Origin: a virus
IMG/VR virus record: IMGVR_UViG_3300021437_000005
Reading direction: 5' to 3' (one strand)
Length of the DNA: 43,727 nucleotides
Below, one piece after another: positions 15,650 to 22,493 of this stretch; the stretch's first letter is position 1, and every line of letters starts with the position of its first letter. The notes under the pieces were generated by a model, which made no database searches, had not been told where the DNA came from, and worked only from the letters and a program-made list of their open reading frames with translations. The translations under genes were made by a program, and so were the position numbers.

Positions 15650-16112
15650 AAATAGTACACCTAAATGCCAGAGACCGGGTTGCGAATTAGACCTGCCAGC
15701 GGGTAGGCAACTCTGGTGCTCCCGAAAGTGCTATGACTTAGTAGAAGGTCGCAAGCGGATCGAGCACAATAAGAACAATGGAACCTCACCACGAAGACTG
15801 GGGGCTATTTCGGAGTGTGTTGTCGCTGCTGATCTGCTTCGAAAAGGATTTGACGTATTCCAAGCCGTAAGCGATCAGGCTTCGTGCGATTTTATTGCGC
15901 TAAAAGAAGGCGTAATGTTGCGAATAGAGGTAAAAACGCTACAGAAAAGCGCCCACGGTAGGGATATATTTCCTGTTCGGTTTTTGCAAAGTGGCCGCTT
16001 CGATGTGTTGGCCTTTGTTGCTCGGGACGGCTCTAGTATTGTCTATCGACCCGATCCGACCGTTTTGACGCTCAAAACGCCACCTACGTTGGCTTCTCAA
16101 AAAAATAAATAA
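15639..16112 (+). CDS. Second PD-(D/E)xK nuclease with N-terminal zinc ribbon
   Basis: CQRPGC...CSRKC, then ISECVVAADLLRKGFDV, CDFIAL and LRIEVKT. The segment is visibly AT-richer. Confidence 0.6.
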   Translation: MKAENSTPKCQRPGCELDLPAGRQLWCSRKCYDLVEGRKRIEHNKNNGTSPRRLGAISECVVAADLLRKGFDVFQAVSDQASCDFIALKEGVMLRIEVKTLQKSAHGRDIFPVRFLQSGRFDVLAFVARDGSSIVYRPDPTVLTLKTPPTLASQKNK

Positions 16113-16141
16113 CCCCGAAGGGGATCGAACCAGCTTCGGGG
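16113..16141. terminator. Bidirectional rho-independent terminator between convergent operons
   Basis: 8-bp GC stem CCCCGAAG/CTTCGGGG with a 13-nt loop. On the minus strand it is followed by TTATTTATTTTTTT, on the plus strand by GTATTT. Confidence 0.75.
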
Positions 16142-16178
16142 GTATTTGAACGCTGGGACTTTTGAGCCGATAAGCGGC

Positions 16179-16310
16179 TTACGTGTCGTCCTGCGATCCG
16201 ACGCGAGCAATCACGCCCAACGCCAGCGCGGTCAACAAGCCAAGGCCGCCCCACGCGCCCAAGATCAGCGCCCAGGTGCGCCAGTGGCCGAACCAGGGAA
16301 GGGCGCTCAT
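16179..16310 (-). CDS. 43-aa hydrophobic membrane peptide
   Basis: AGAGGTGACGCC then ATG. WALILGAWGGLGLLTALALGVIA. Overlaps the RHH gene stop by 4 nt. Confidence 0.5.
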   Translation of the reverse strand: MSALPWFGHWRTWALILGAWGGLGLLTALALGVIARVGSQDDT

Positions 16311-16462
16311 GGCGTCACCTCTGAATGATCCTGGAGTTTGTGGGCAATCGCTCGCCTGATCCACTCGCTCTCACTGATCCGCAGCTTTTCCGCCGCTTGG
16401 TGTACCTGCTCCCGCATCGTGGCCGGCATGTAGATTTGCAATTTGGTCTCCGTGTTGCTCAT
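16307..16462 (-). CDS. Ribbon-helix-helix (CopG/Arc-like) protein
   Basis: GGGAGGGAGCC then ATG. KLQIYMPATMREQVHQAAEKLRISESEWIRRAIAHKL fits a beta-alpha-alpha pattern. Confidence 0.7.
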   Translation of the reverse strand: MSNTETKLQIYMPATMREQVHQAAEKLRISESEWIRRAIAHKLQDHSEVTP

Positions 16463-16791
16463 GGCTCCCTCCCTTCTGCCTTGGCGACGGCTGCTTCGAT
16501 TTGCCGGTAAGCGTTCCAGTTTTCCACGTCCCCCGCGCTTTCGCCGGTCAACGTCGCCTCGCCAGCCAACAGGCGCTTGCACGCCTCCAGCAGGTCAGGC
16601 GCCGCCGCGATCAGCCGGGCGTTGGCGTCTTGCGTCTGTGCATCAGTTTCGAGCCATTTTCCGACGCCGAATCGTGTTGTGCATACAGGGACATCATTGG
16701 CCCATACCGCACAAGCTAGACTAAACTTAAGAGGATCGCCTTGGCGAGATGGTATAGCATTATGTTTCCAAGGTCCCGGCGTGTGGTTCAT
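16459..16791 (-). CDS. Hypothetical protein
   Basis: 110 aa. TPGPW...ANARLIAAAPDLLEA motif. 4-nt overlap downstream. Confidence 0.6.
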   Translation of the reverse strand: MNHTPGPWKHNAIPSRQGDPLKFSLACAVWANDVPVCTTRFGVGKWLETDAQTQDANARLIAAAPDLLEACKRLLAGEATLTGESAGDVENWNAYRQIEAAVAKAEGREP

Positions 16792-16829
16792 GGCGTCTCT
16801 CTTTCTGCCGTCATTCGACGGCTAGGCGG

Positions 16830-17438
16830 TTATGCGTAGGCCGTCCAATGTGCCGTTGGATAGATTGCCACCCCCGGCACTCCCGGAATCGTCTGTTTGT
16901 CAACCGGATAGGCGTATTTATAGCTGGCAAACTTAATACAGTTGCCTTCCATGACCCGCTTCCGTTGTGGCGGTCCGACAAATTGCCCAGGGGACGGTAC
17001 GCACTCACCTTGCAACCATCCTGTGTCCCGACTGATTGATCCGATCTCCCGGACCTCGACGGTTTGCCCGCTCACTACTGCCGTTACCTCGTAATAGTCG
17101 ATGTTAGTTTGATCGTATCCCCAAGAGGCTTTGAGAATATCGCCAACGGCGAGCGTGTGCCGAAACGCCCTGCGTTTGCCCTGTCGCTCTTTCATGCGCT
17201 CCGCATGGTCGGCGAAGTTCTCAAGGTGTTGGTCGCTCCGCTCTTGCCTCGCTGCCTCAGAGCGGAAGCAAAAATGCCAGTCACTTTTTAAGGACTTGCC
17301 ATGATAGGCGATGGCGGCCACTTTTCCAGCTCGTGTCGTGTACCAGTAGACAATGGCCCCTACGCCGTCCCGAGTGTATGGGACGGCATCGACAGGAACG
17401 TAACGGGTCGTTGGTGTGAAGCGGGTCAAGGTTTTCAT
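16830..17438 (-). CDS. Hypothetical protein
   Basis: 202-aa ORF in the operon. No motif I can name. Confidence 0.6.
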   Translation of the reverse strand: MKTLTRFTPTTRYVPVDAVPYTRDGVGAIVYWYTTRAGKVAAIAYHGKSLKSDWHFCFRSEAARQERSDQHLENFADHAERMKERQGKRRAFRHTLAVGDILKASWGYDQTNIDYYEVTAVVSGQTVEVREIGSISRDTGWLQGECVPSPGQFVGPPQRKRVMEGNCIKFASYKYAYPVDKQTIPGVPGVAIYPTAHWTAYA

Positions 17439-17453
17439 GGCTCTTGTCTCCCT

Positions 17454-17894
17454 TTAAGCGGCCAGCTTGCGTTTGACTTCGCCAAGTGTTTTCGGTCTGA
17501 AGTACAGGTCCAGTTCTCCCCCGCATTCCAAGATTTCCGCAATGCTGATATAGCCGAGTTCTCCCCCATCCCCTAGGTCCGCCAGTCCAAACGCTTGGAC
17601 CTGGCCGGTTCCCGGTTCATCATCCGGGCTCCCTGCGTCCTTCTCCGTAATCCACCAGCTTGCTTGCCCACCCGCGAAGTAATGCAGGTAGACAATGGCG
17701 TTGTCACCCTTGCCGTCTTGGTCGTAGGTCTTGGGCATGGTCTCTATGAGGTGCGCTAAGTCACAGAGCTTCGAGCGGAAGAACTCCCGTTCCTCGCCGC
17801 TTCTCGCCATTTGTGCCAAGACGGCGACCTGCTGAGGTCCGAGAAAATCCTTGAGCGTGGTAAAGGCTTGTGCGGTTTCGATTAGTGATCTCAT
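17454..17894 (-). CDS. DUF2958-like protein
   Basis: YFAGGQASWWITEKD...AFGLADLGDGGELGYISIAEI...LDLYFRP matches my memory of the DUF2958 pattern. Confidence 0.6.
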   Translation of the reverse strand: MRSLIETAQAFTTLKDFLGPQQVAVLAQMARSGEEREFFRSKLCDLAHLIETMPKTYDQDGKGDNAIVYLHYFAGGQASWWITEKDAGSPDDEPGTGQVQAFGLADLGDGGELGYISIAEILECGGELDLYFRPKTLGEVKRKLAA

Positions 17895-18139
17895 GCTCCC
17901 TGCTCCTCTCTCTGCTCGTCGTGAGCCCAAGCGAATCCTTGTAGAGCTTCCGCTTGTGCGAGTAGTCGCGCGGCTGCCGTATATTTTCGGCTTTCATTCA
18001 ATCCCCACGCTTTCCTCATCAGCGTCAACGCCTTTTCAGGTTCGTCACAGGTTGCAAATAGTGCAGTTTCTTCCCAAGGTTTTCCTGGATTGTAATGCAC
18101 TATAATCTTATTGCCAGCTATACTATACGTGGCGGCCAT
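17891..18139 (-). CDS. Hypothetical protein
   Basis: AAGGAGG RBS. 82 aa. 4-nt overlap downstream. Confidence 0.6.
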   Translation of the reverse strand: MAATYSIAGNKIIVHYNPGKPWEETALFATCDEPEKALTLMRKAWGLNESRKYTAAARLLAQAEALQGFAWAHDEQREEQGA

Positions 18140-18168
18140 TTCCCTTGCCTCCTTGCCCTTTCGGGCGG

Positions 18169-18540
18169 TTAGCGTACAATCGCCCTAACACCGCCAAAAC
18201 ATTGTTCAACGTGGGTTTTGGCCTTTTTTATCGCATCGTGTAAATCGTCCGCCCGGAAAAAGCATCCCGATGTATGGGGGCGGTCGGCGCTTACGATGTC
18301 ATACCCCCACCCCTGCGAGTAGTACACACAAAAAACTGTATGTTCGTCGTCATCGGCGAACAAATACGCCCGCCGACTGGTGTTTTCCGCTTGTTCTAAA
18401 ATCGCCCGATGTAGGGCTTTTTGTGCATCTGTTTTTGTCGCCCCTTCTCCCTCAAATCCAGCACTTAACGTGCCGTCGCTTTCCAACGTGGCATGATAAC
18501 GACCATCAAAACGATTTTTCACTATTCCTACTGGTAGCAT
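18169..18540 (-). CDS. Hypothetical protein
   Basis: AAAGGAG RBS then ATG 18540. 123 aa. Confidence 0.6.
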   Translation of the reverse strand: MLPVGIVKNRFDGRYHATLESDGTLSAGFEGEGATKTDAQKALHRAILEQAENTSRRAYLFADDDEHTVFCVYYSQGWGYDIVSADRPHTSGCFFRADDLHDAIKKAKTHVEQCFGGVRAIVR

Positions 18541-18577
18541 GTGTTCTCCTTTCCGCATGTTCAGTACCGTTAATCAA

Positions 18578-18820
18578 CTACGTCCGTTGAGCAGCAAGAC
18601 TTACAATCGTGATACCTTCAGCTTTGAGAGTGTTTCTGACAAGCTTTTCCGCTTCATCCATTGTGCGTGATGCGCCAAGTACGAGTATTTCAATGTTGAG
18701 CATTTTGGTATGGAGTCCTACCGGTCGAAGCATAAAAAACCGCCAACCTTCCGTACTTGTTACGCAATCTACAAAGTCTTGGCCTATCGTGATTCTGTCG
18801 CCGGCTTTCGTTATCATCAT
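18578..18820 (-). CDS. Hypothetical protein, first gene of leftward operon 2
   Basis: AGGAGGTAGGGAG RBS. 80 aa. Confidence 0.6.
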   Translation of the reverse strand: MMITKAGDRITIGQDFVDCVTSTEGWRFFMLRPVGLHTKMLNIEILVLGASRTMDEAEKLVRNTLKAEGITIVSLAAQRT

Positions 18821-18956
18821 CTCCCTACCTCCTGCCCTTGTGGGCGGTTAGGCTGCCGTTGTCCCTCGATCCCGTCCGCGTCGCCTGGTCTGTGGTCCGC
18901 GTCCGACACACTCATCAGCTCCAAGCTGTCTCCGGGATCACTCTCGATCTACTGCT

Positions 18957-18985
18957 AGTATAGTGTTATGATGTTATACTGTCAA
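18957..18985 (-). promoter_or_regulatory. Promoter of leftward operon 2
   Basis: Minus strand reads TTGACA, 17 nt, TATACT. Leader of about 130 nt to ATG 18820. Confidence 0.65.
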
Positions 18986-19243
18986 TAGTGCAACATATCA
19001 ACGATCTCGCATAGTTACACGACCGATCTAGCGCATTGTAGCGTATACTGTCATCTTGTCCTACCGGTACTTTTTACACGATAGCACCTAAGTGCGTGAT
19101 TATAGGCTATTTGTGGGTGTTGATCTTATGTCAACGGAAAATGACATCAGACTACGATTATCCCGCAGATGCCCGTCTAGCGCGGGTTGGCAGGGATTGC
19201 GTTATTGATATTGTGCGGAAAAAAAATATAAAAAATTTGGGGC

Positions 19244-19273
19244 TTGACAACGTACCCTGCTATGTGGTATGTG
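19244..19273 (+). promoter_or_regulatory. Rightward promoter in front of terS, with A/T-rich UP-like element
   Basis: GGAAAAAAAATATAAAAAATTT, then TTGACA, 18 nt, TG-G-TATGTG (extended -10 like). About 40 nt upstream of ATG 19315. Confidence 0.55.
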
Positions 19274-19314
19274 ATCTGATATCACTAGGTCCAAGTGGCG
19301 GGGAGGTACACTAT

Positions 19315-19788
19315 ATGGCACGCGGTAAGGCCATTACGATGCAAGACGTGGCAAACGTTGTCGCCGCACGAGTCCTTGATCCGGTGGCCAGTAAAAACAC
19401 GATAGGGGCGCTGGTAGGGCGTGATCATAGCACGGTCGCACGGATAGAGGAGCGGTATAAAGGGTTGATAGAGCAGTACGCCCCCCTCCAAACGCGCAAG
19501 CTCTTGGACGACCTCGATATCACCCGCCGCGCCTATCTATCGAGATTACTTGATCCCGATGTCCTTGAGAGCGCCTCAGCTCGTGATACCGCGGTCGTGT
19601 TTGGGATCGTCTCGGACAAGCACGCGCTGCAAGCTGGCATGCCGACCTCCATCACGCTCAATGCCAATCTGGATGTGGCAATGCCACAGGTCCTGGAGCG
19701 GCTCCAGCGGGCGATACAGGCACGTAGCGGGCAAGTGGGCGAGGCTACCACATCTGGTAGTGGGAGTGAACAGGATGTGCCAGCCTAG
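19315..19788 (+). CDS. terS: Terminase small subunit candidate
   Basis: GGGGAGG RBS. HTH-like NTIGALVGRDHSTVARIEE. SARDTAVVFGIVSDKHALQAGMPT pattern. Position upstream of terL. Confidence 0.6.
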   Translation: MARGKAITMQDVANVVAARVLDPVASKNTIGALVGRDHSTVARIEERYKGLIEQYAPLQTRKLLDDLDITRRAYLSRLLDPDVLESASARDTAVVFGIVSDKHALQAGMPTSITLNANLDVAMPQVLERLQRAIQARSGQVGEATTSGSGSEQDVPA

Positions 19789-20110
19789 TAGATATGTCAA
19801 CAGAGATCGCTGTAAGTCTATGATTCTACTATGCTGCTAGAGATACGTCAGAGAAGATGCATTATGTCACCCTGGGACTTGGGTGAGTGGGTAATGGGCA
19901 ACCCCCCCTGGGGGGGGCGAAACTTAGGGTACCTTCTCCCAGAGCACTCCATCTAAAAGGTCATACCTCAGCGCTTATTAGTCGTGCAAACAAACGGCCC
20001 TGAGTGTAGGCATGGAATGAATCTTGCAGAACCAAACACAGGCACGTTTCTTGGGTATAGGGGGGGTATATTAAATACTTCCTTACAGCGTGGGGGGGAA
20101 AAGGGAAATC

Positions 20111-20647
20111 ATGGGACGGCTTCTTCAGGGGACATGGAATACACGATCGGCGTCCTGGTCGAAAGCAAGACGAAAAAAATCCTACGCTCCGAAAGGAGCA
20201 GCAAATACACGTGAACGTCTCTTAAGGGGACGTGCCGATTATATGAAACAACAACCCACTGAAGCTGAAGAGCGAATCTTCCACGCACTGAAATATCTCC
20301 GTATTCCATTCATGCCTCAAGTTGTTATTGGTCGATATATCGTTGATTTTCTTCTCACCAACCGGAATATCGTGCTTGAAATAGACGGCTCTTCCCATAA
20401 GCAGAAACGGGCCTACGATCAAAGCCGGGATGACTTCTTAACACGGTTAGGATGGCAAGTGATCAGGGTTTCGAATGAACACGCCACGATCGAATGGGTG
20501 ACAGCCCACGTTGTCTCACTGCCTGTGACCGATCAATGCGTGATCATCCAACGATTATCCGATGCCCGAGCAATCGAACGAGATCGAATACGACGTAGGA
20601 ATCATTCACAGACGTTGCCGGATACTCGACACCTACGCTCCGCCTAG
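20111..20647 (+). CDS. DUF559 / Vsr-like PD-(D/E)xK endonuclease (start uncertain: 20090, 20111 or 20243)
   Basis: TEAEERIFHALKYLRIPFMPQVVIGRYIVDFLL...IVLEIDGSSH...D..RD.FL..LGWQVIRVSN. Confidence 0.75.
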   Translation: MGRLLQGTWNTRSASWSKARRKKSYAPKGAANTRERLLRGRADYMKQQPTEAEERIFHALKYLRIPFMPQVVIGRYIVDFLLTNRNIVLEIDGSSHKQKRAYDQSRDDFLTRLGWQVIRVSNEHATIEWVTAHVVSLPVTDQCVIIQRLSDARAIERDRIRRRNHSQTLPDTRHLRSA

Positions 20648-20692
20648 CACAGTGACGGAGCGAGGAGTAGACCATCACAGCAAGGAGAACAC

Positions 20693-20773
20693 ATGGCAAA
20701 GACGGGGAGTCCTTGGGGAGTCTTTCCACGAGTCAAGACGACGAAGGGGCGGCCATCGAAGAAGGGGGGGTAA
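20693..20773 (+). CDS. 26-aa upstream ORF in frame with terL
   Basis: AAGGAGAACAC then ATG. Translates to MAKTGSPWGVFPRVKTTKGRPSKKGG. TAA at 20771, then CCC, then the GTG of terL in the same frame. Confidence 0.35.
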   Translation: MAKTGSPWGVFPRVKTTKGRPSKKGG

Positions 20774-20776
20774 CCC

Positions 20777-22432
20777 GTGAGTGAGCGGCCCCTGCTGGAC
20801 ACGATTGCGGAGCTGAGTGAGGAAGAGGCGGAGACGTATCTCGCGTCACTCCCATTAGAGACGTTGGTCGGGGAGGCGAATAGTCTGACCTCGGCCTGGG
20901 AGCAGCGCCGGCAGGAGAACGCGATTCTCTTTTATGAACCGGTGCAAGCACAGGCGGCTGAGTTTCATGGGTGTACGAAGCGAGAGATACTGATCTCTGG
21001 GGGGAATCGGAGCGCGAAGTCGGATACGACGCTTGCGGAACTGGTGATCCAAGCCACAGGGGTCGTGCCGTACAGTCTGAAGGGGACGTATCCAGCGCAG
21101 AAGCTGCAGCGACGCCCCATCCGGGCCCGGGTACTGTGTAAGTCCATCAAAAAACTTGAAGAGGTCATTAAGCCCAAGCTCCAATATTGGCGGTGGAATG
21201 GGCCGGGTGTGCCTGGGAGTGATCGGGGCCACTGGGGATGGATTCCCCGTCAGTGTTTACGAGGGGGAGAGTGGAGTAAAGCCTACAGCGAGAAGTACAA
21301 CACCTTGACGCTTGCCGATGGCGGGTGTTTTCACTTCAATACTTACGAGCAGGACGTGGAAGAAATGGCGGGCGGAAGTTTTCACGTGACGTTCTTTGAT
21401 GAGTTGCCACCAGAGGGGCACTACAAGGAATGTCGGATGCGCTTGCTCGACACCGGCGGTCAGCTGATGACCGCCATGACCCCTCCAACAGAAGCCTCTG
21501 GCGTCGCGGCCTCCTGGGTCTACGATCAACTGTATCAACCCGGCATGACGGGCCATGAGGACATCGCGGCCTTTGAATTCTTTACGGAACACAATCGCAT
21601 CCTTGGTTCGGAAGAACTCCGATGGATTGCCTCCGGTCTCACGGATGAGGAACGGCAAGTCCGGTTCTACGGCAAGTTCCTGCATCTCTCAGGGCTTATT
21701 CACCCGCTGTTTACGGGGGCCACCACCAGGCAATGGTGTCTGACGTGTGATCGACCCGTAACGGCCATGGATGGGGGGCGGTGTCCGGCGTGCCTCCAGG
21801 GGGATCTGCTGCCGTTTACTCATGTCATTGCACCGTTCTCCTGGCCGAGTCGGTGGCCGGTGGTGATGGTGATTGATCCGCATCCCAGGAAACCGTGCGC
21901 GATTACGTGGACGGTGGTGGATGAAGAGGATCAGTGGATACAGGTGGGAGAATGTGAAGCCACAGGGACGGCCTACGAGGTCAAGGCCGCGATCGAGATG
22001 TATGAGGAGCGACATGATCTCCAGCCTGTCTTGCGACTCATTGATCCGAATGCGGCGGAAAGTCGCAACGATAAGATGGAACAGGGGTGGACACTGCGAC
22101 GGGAATTCGATAAAATCGGGTTGCGCTGTACCCTGGCGAATGATAACTTTACCGTGGGGAAAGACAGGTTTAATGAGGCGCTGCGGCCGGACCCCCTGAC
22201 GCAACGTCCTCGGTGGCAGATCTTCGACCGGTGCGAGAAGACGATTTCGGCCTTGAGCCGCTTTACCTGGGATGAATGGACCCGCAATCACGAGTTTAAA
22301 GAACCCAAACAAACTCCCAGGGATAAACACAAAGATTTTCCTGATACCTGTCGCTACCTGGCGATGGCGAATCCCACCTATCGGGGTTTGCAGACCGGGC
22401 ATGAGGTCCTTCGGTATCGAGGAGCGGCATGA
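20777..22432 (+). CDS. terL: Terminase large subunit
   Basis: Walker A-like SGGNRSAKSD, Walker B-like FHVTFFDE, nuclease-domain VMVIDPHP. 551 aa, upstream of the portal. Confidence 0.85.
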   Translation: MSERPLLDTIAELSEEEAETYLASLPLETLVGEANSLTSAWEQRRQENAILFYEPVQAQAAEFHGCTKREILISGGNRSAKSDTTLAELVIQATGVVPYSLKGTYPAQKLQRRPIRARVLCKSIKKLEEVIKPKLQYWRWNGPGVPGSDRGHWGWIPRQCLRGGEWSKAYSEKYNTLTLADGGCFHFNTYEQDVEEMAGGSFHVTFFDELPPEGHYKECRMRLLDTGGQLMTAMTPPTEASGVAASWVYDQLYQPGMTGHEDIAAFEFFTEHNRILGSEELRWIASGLTDEERQVRFYGKFLHLSGLIHPLFTGATTRQWCLTCDRPVTAMDGGRCPACLQGDLLPFTHVIAPFSWPSRWPVVMVIDPHPRKPCAITWTVVDEEDQWIQVGECEATGTAYEVKAAIEMYEERHDLQPVLRLIDPNAAESRNDKMEQGWTLRREFDKIGLRCTLANDNFTVGKDRFNEALRPDPLTQRPRWQIFDRCEKTISALSRFTWDEWTRNHEFKEPKQTPRDKHKDFPDTCRYLAMANPTYRGLQTGHEVLRYRGAA

Positions 22433-22493
22433 TCCCTCTCACCACAGCCCCACGACACACAACGGAGTAGCGATGTTGGGAAGAGGATAAGCG

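Larger units (their letters stand above)
19789..20776 (+). mobile_element. AT-richer insertion island between terS and terL carrying a free-standing DUF559 endonuclease
   Basis: Composition shift by eye. Nuclease gene sits in the classic homing-endonuclease location. Homopolymer C7/G8 and three G7 tracts. Confidence 0.4.

Noticed and set aside
16113-16141. tRNA-like string GGTTCGATCC (minus strand), considered as a tRNA or attP remnant
   Set aside because: The flanks cannot form a T-arm or acceptor stem. The element is a simple 8-bp hairpin with T-tracts, meaning a terminator. No integrase is present.
19096-19314. N-terminal 73-codon extension of the terS ORF
   Set aside because: The extension contains the UP-like A-tract and the TTGACA/extended -10 promoter and has an implausible peptide sequence. 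ATG 19315 has a GGGGAGG RBS.
19832-19957. 41-aa ORF across the C7/G8 hairpin in the island leader
   Set aside because: It has no RBS, and its frame depends on homopolymer length. It is more likely non-coding leader.
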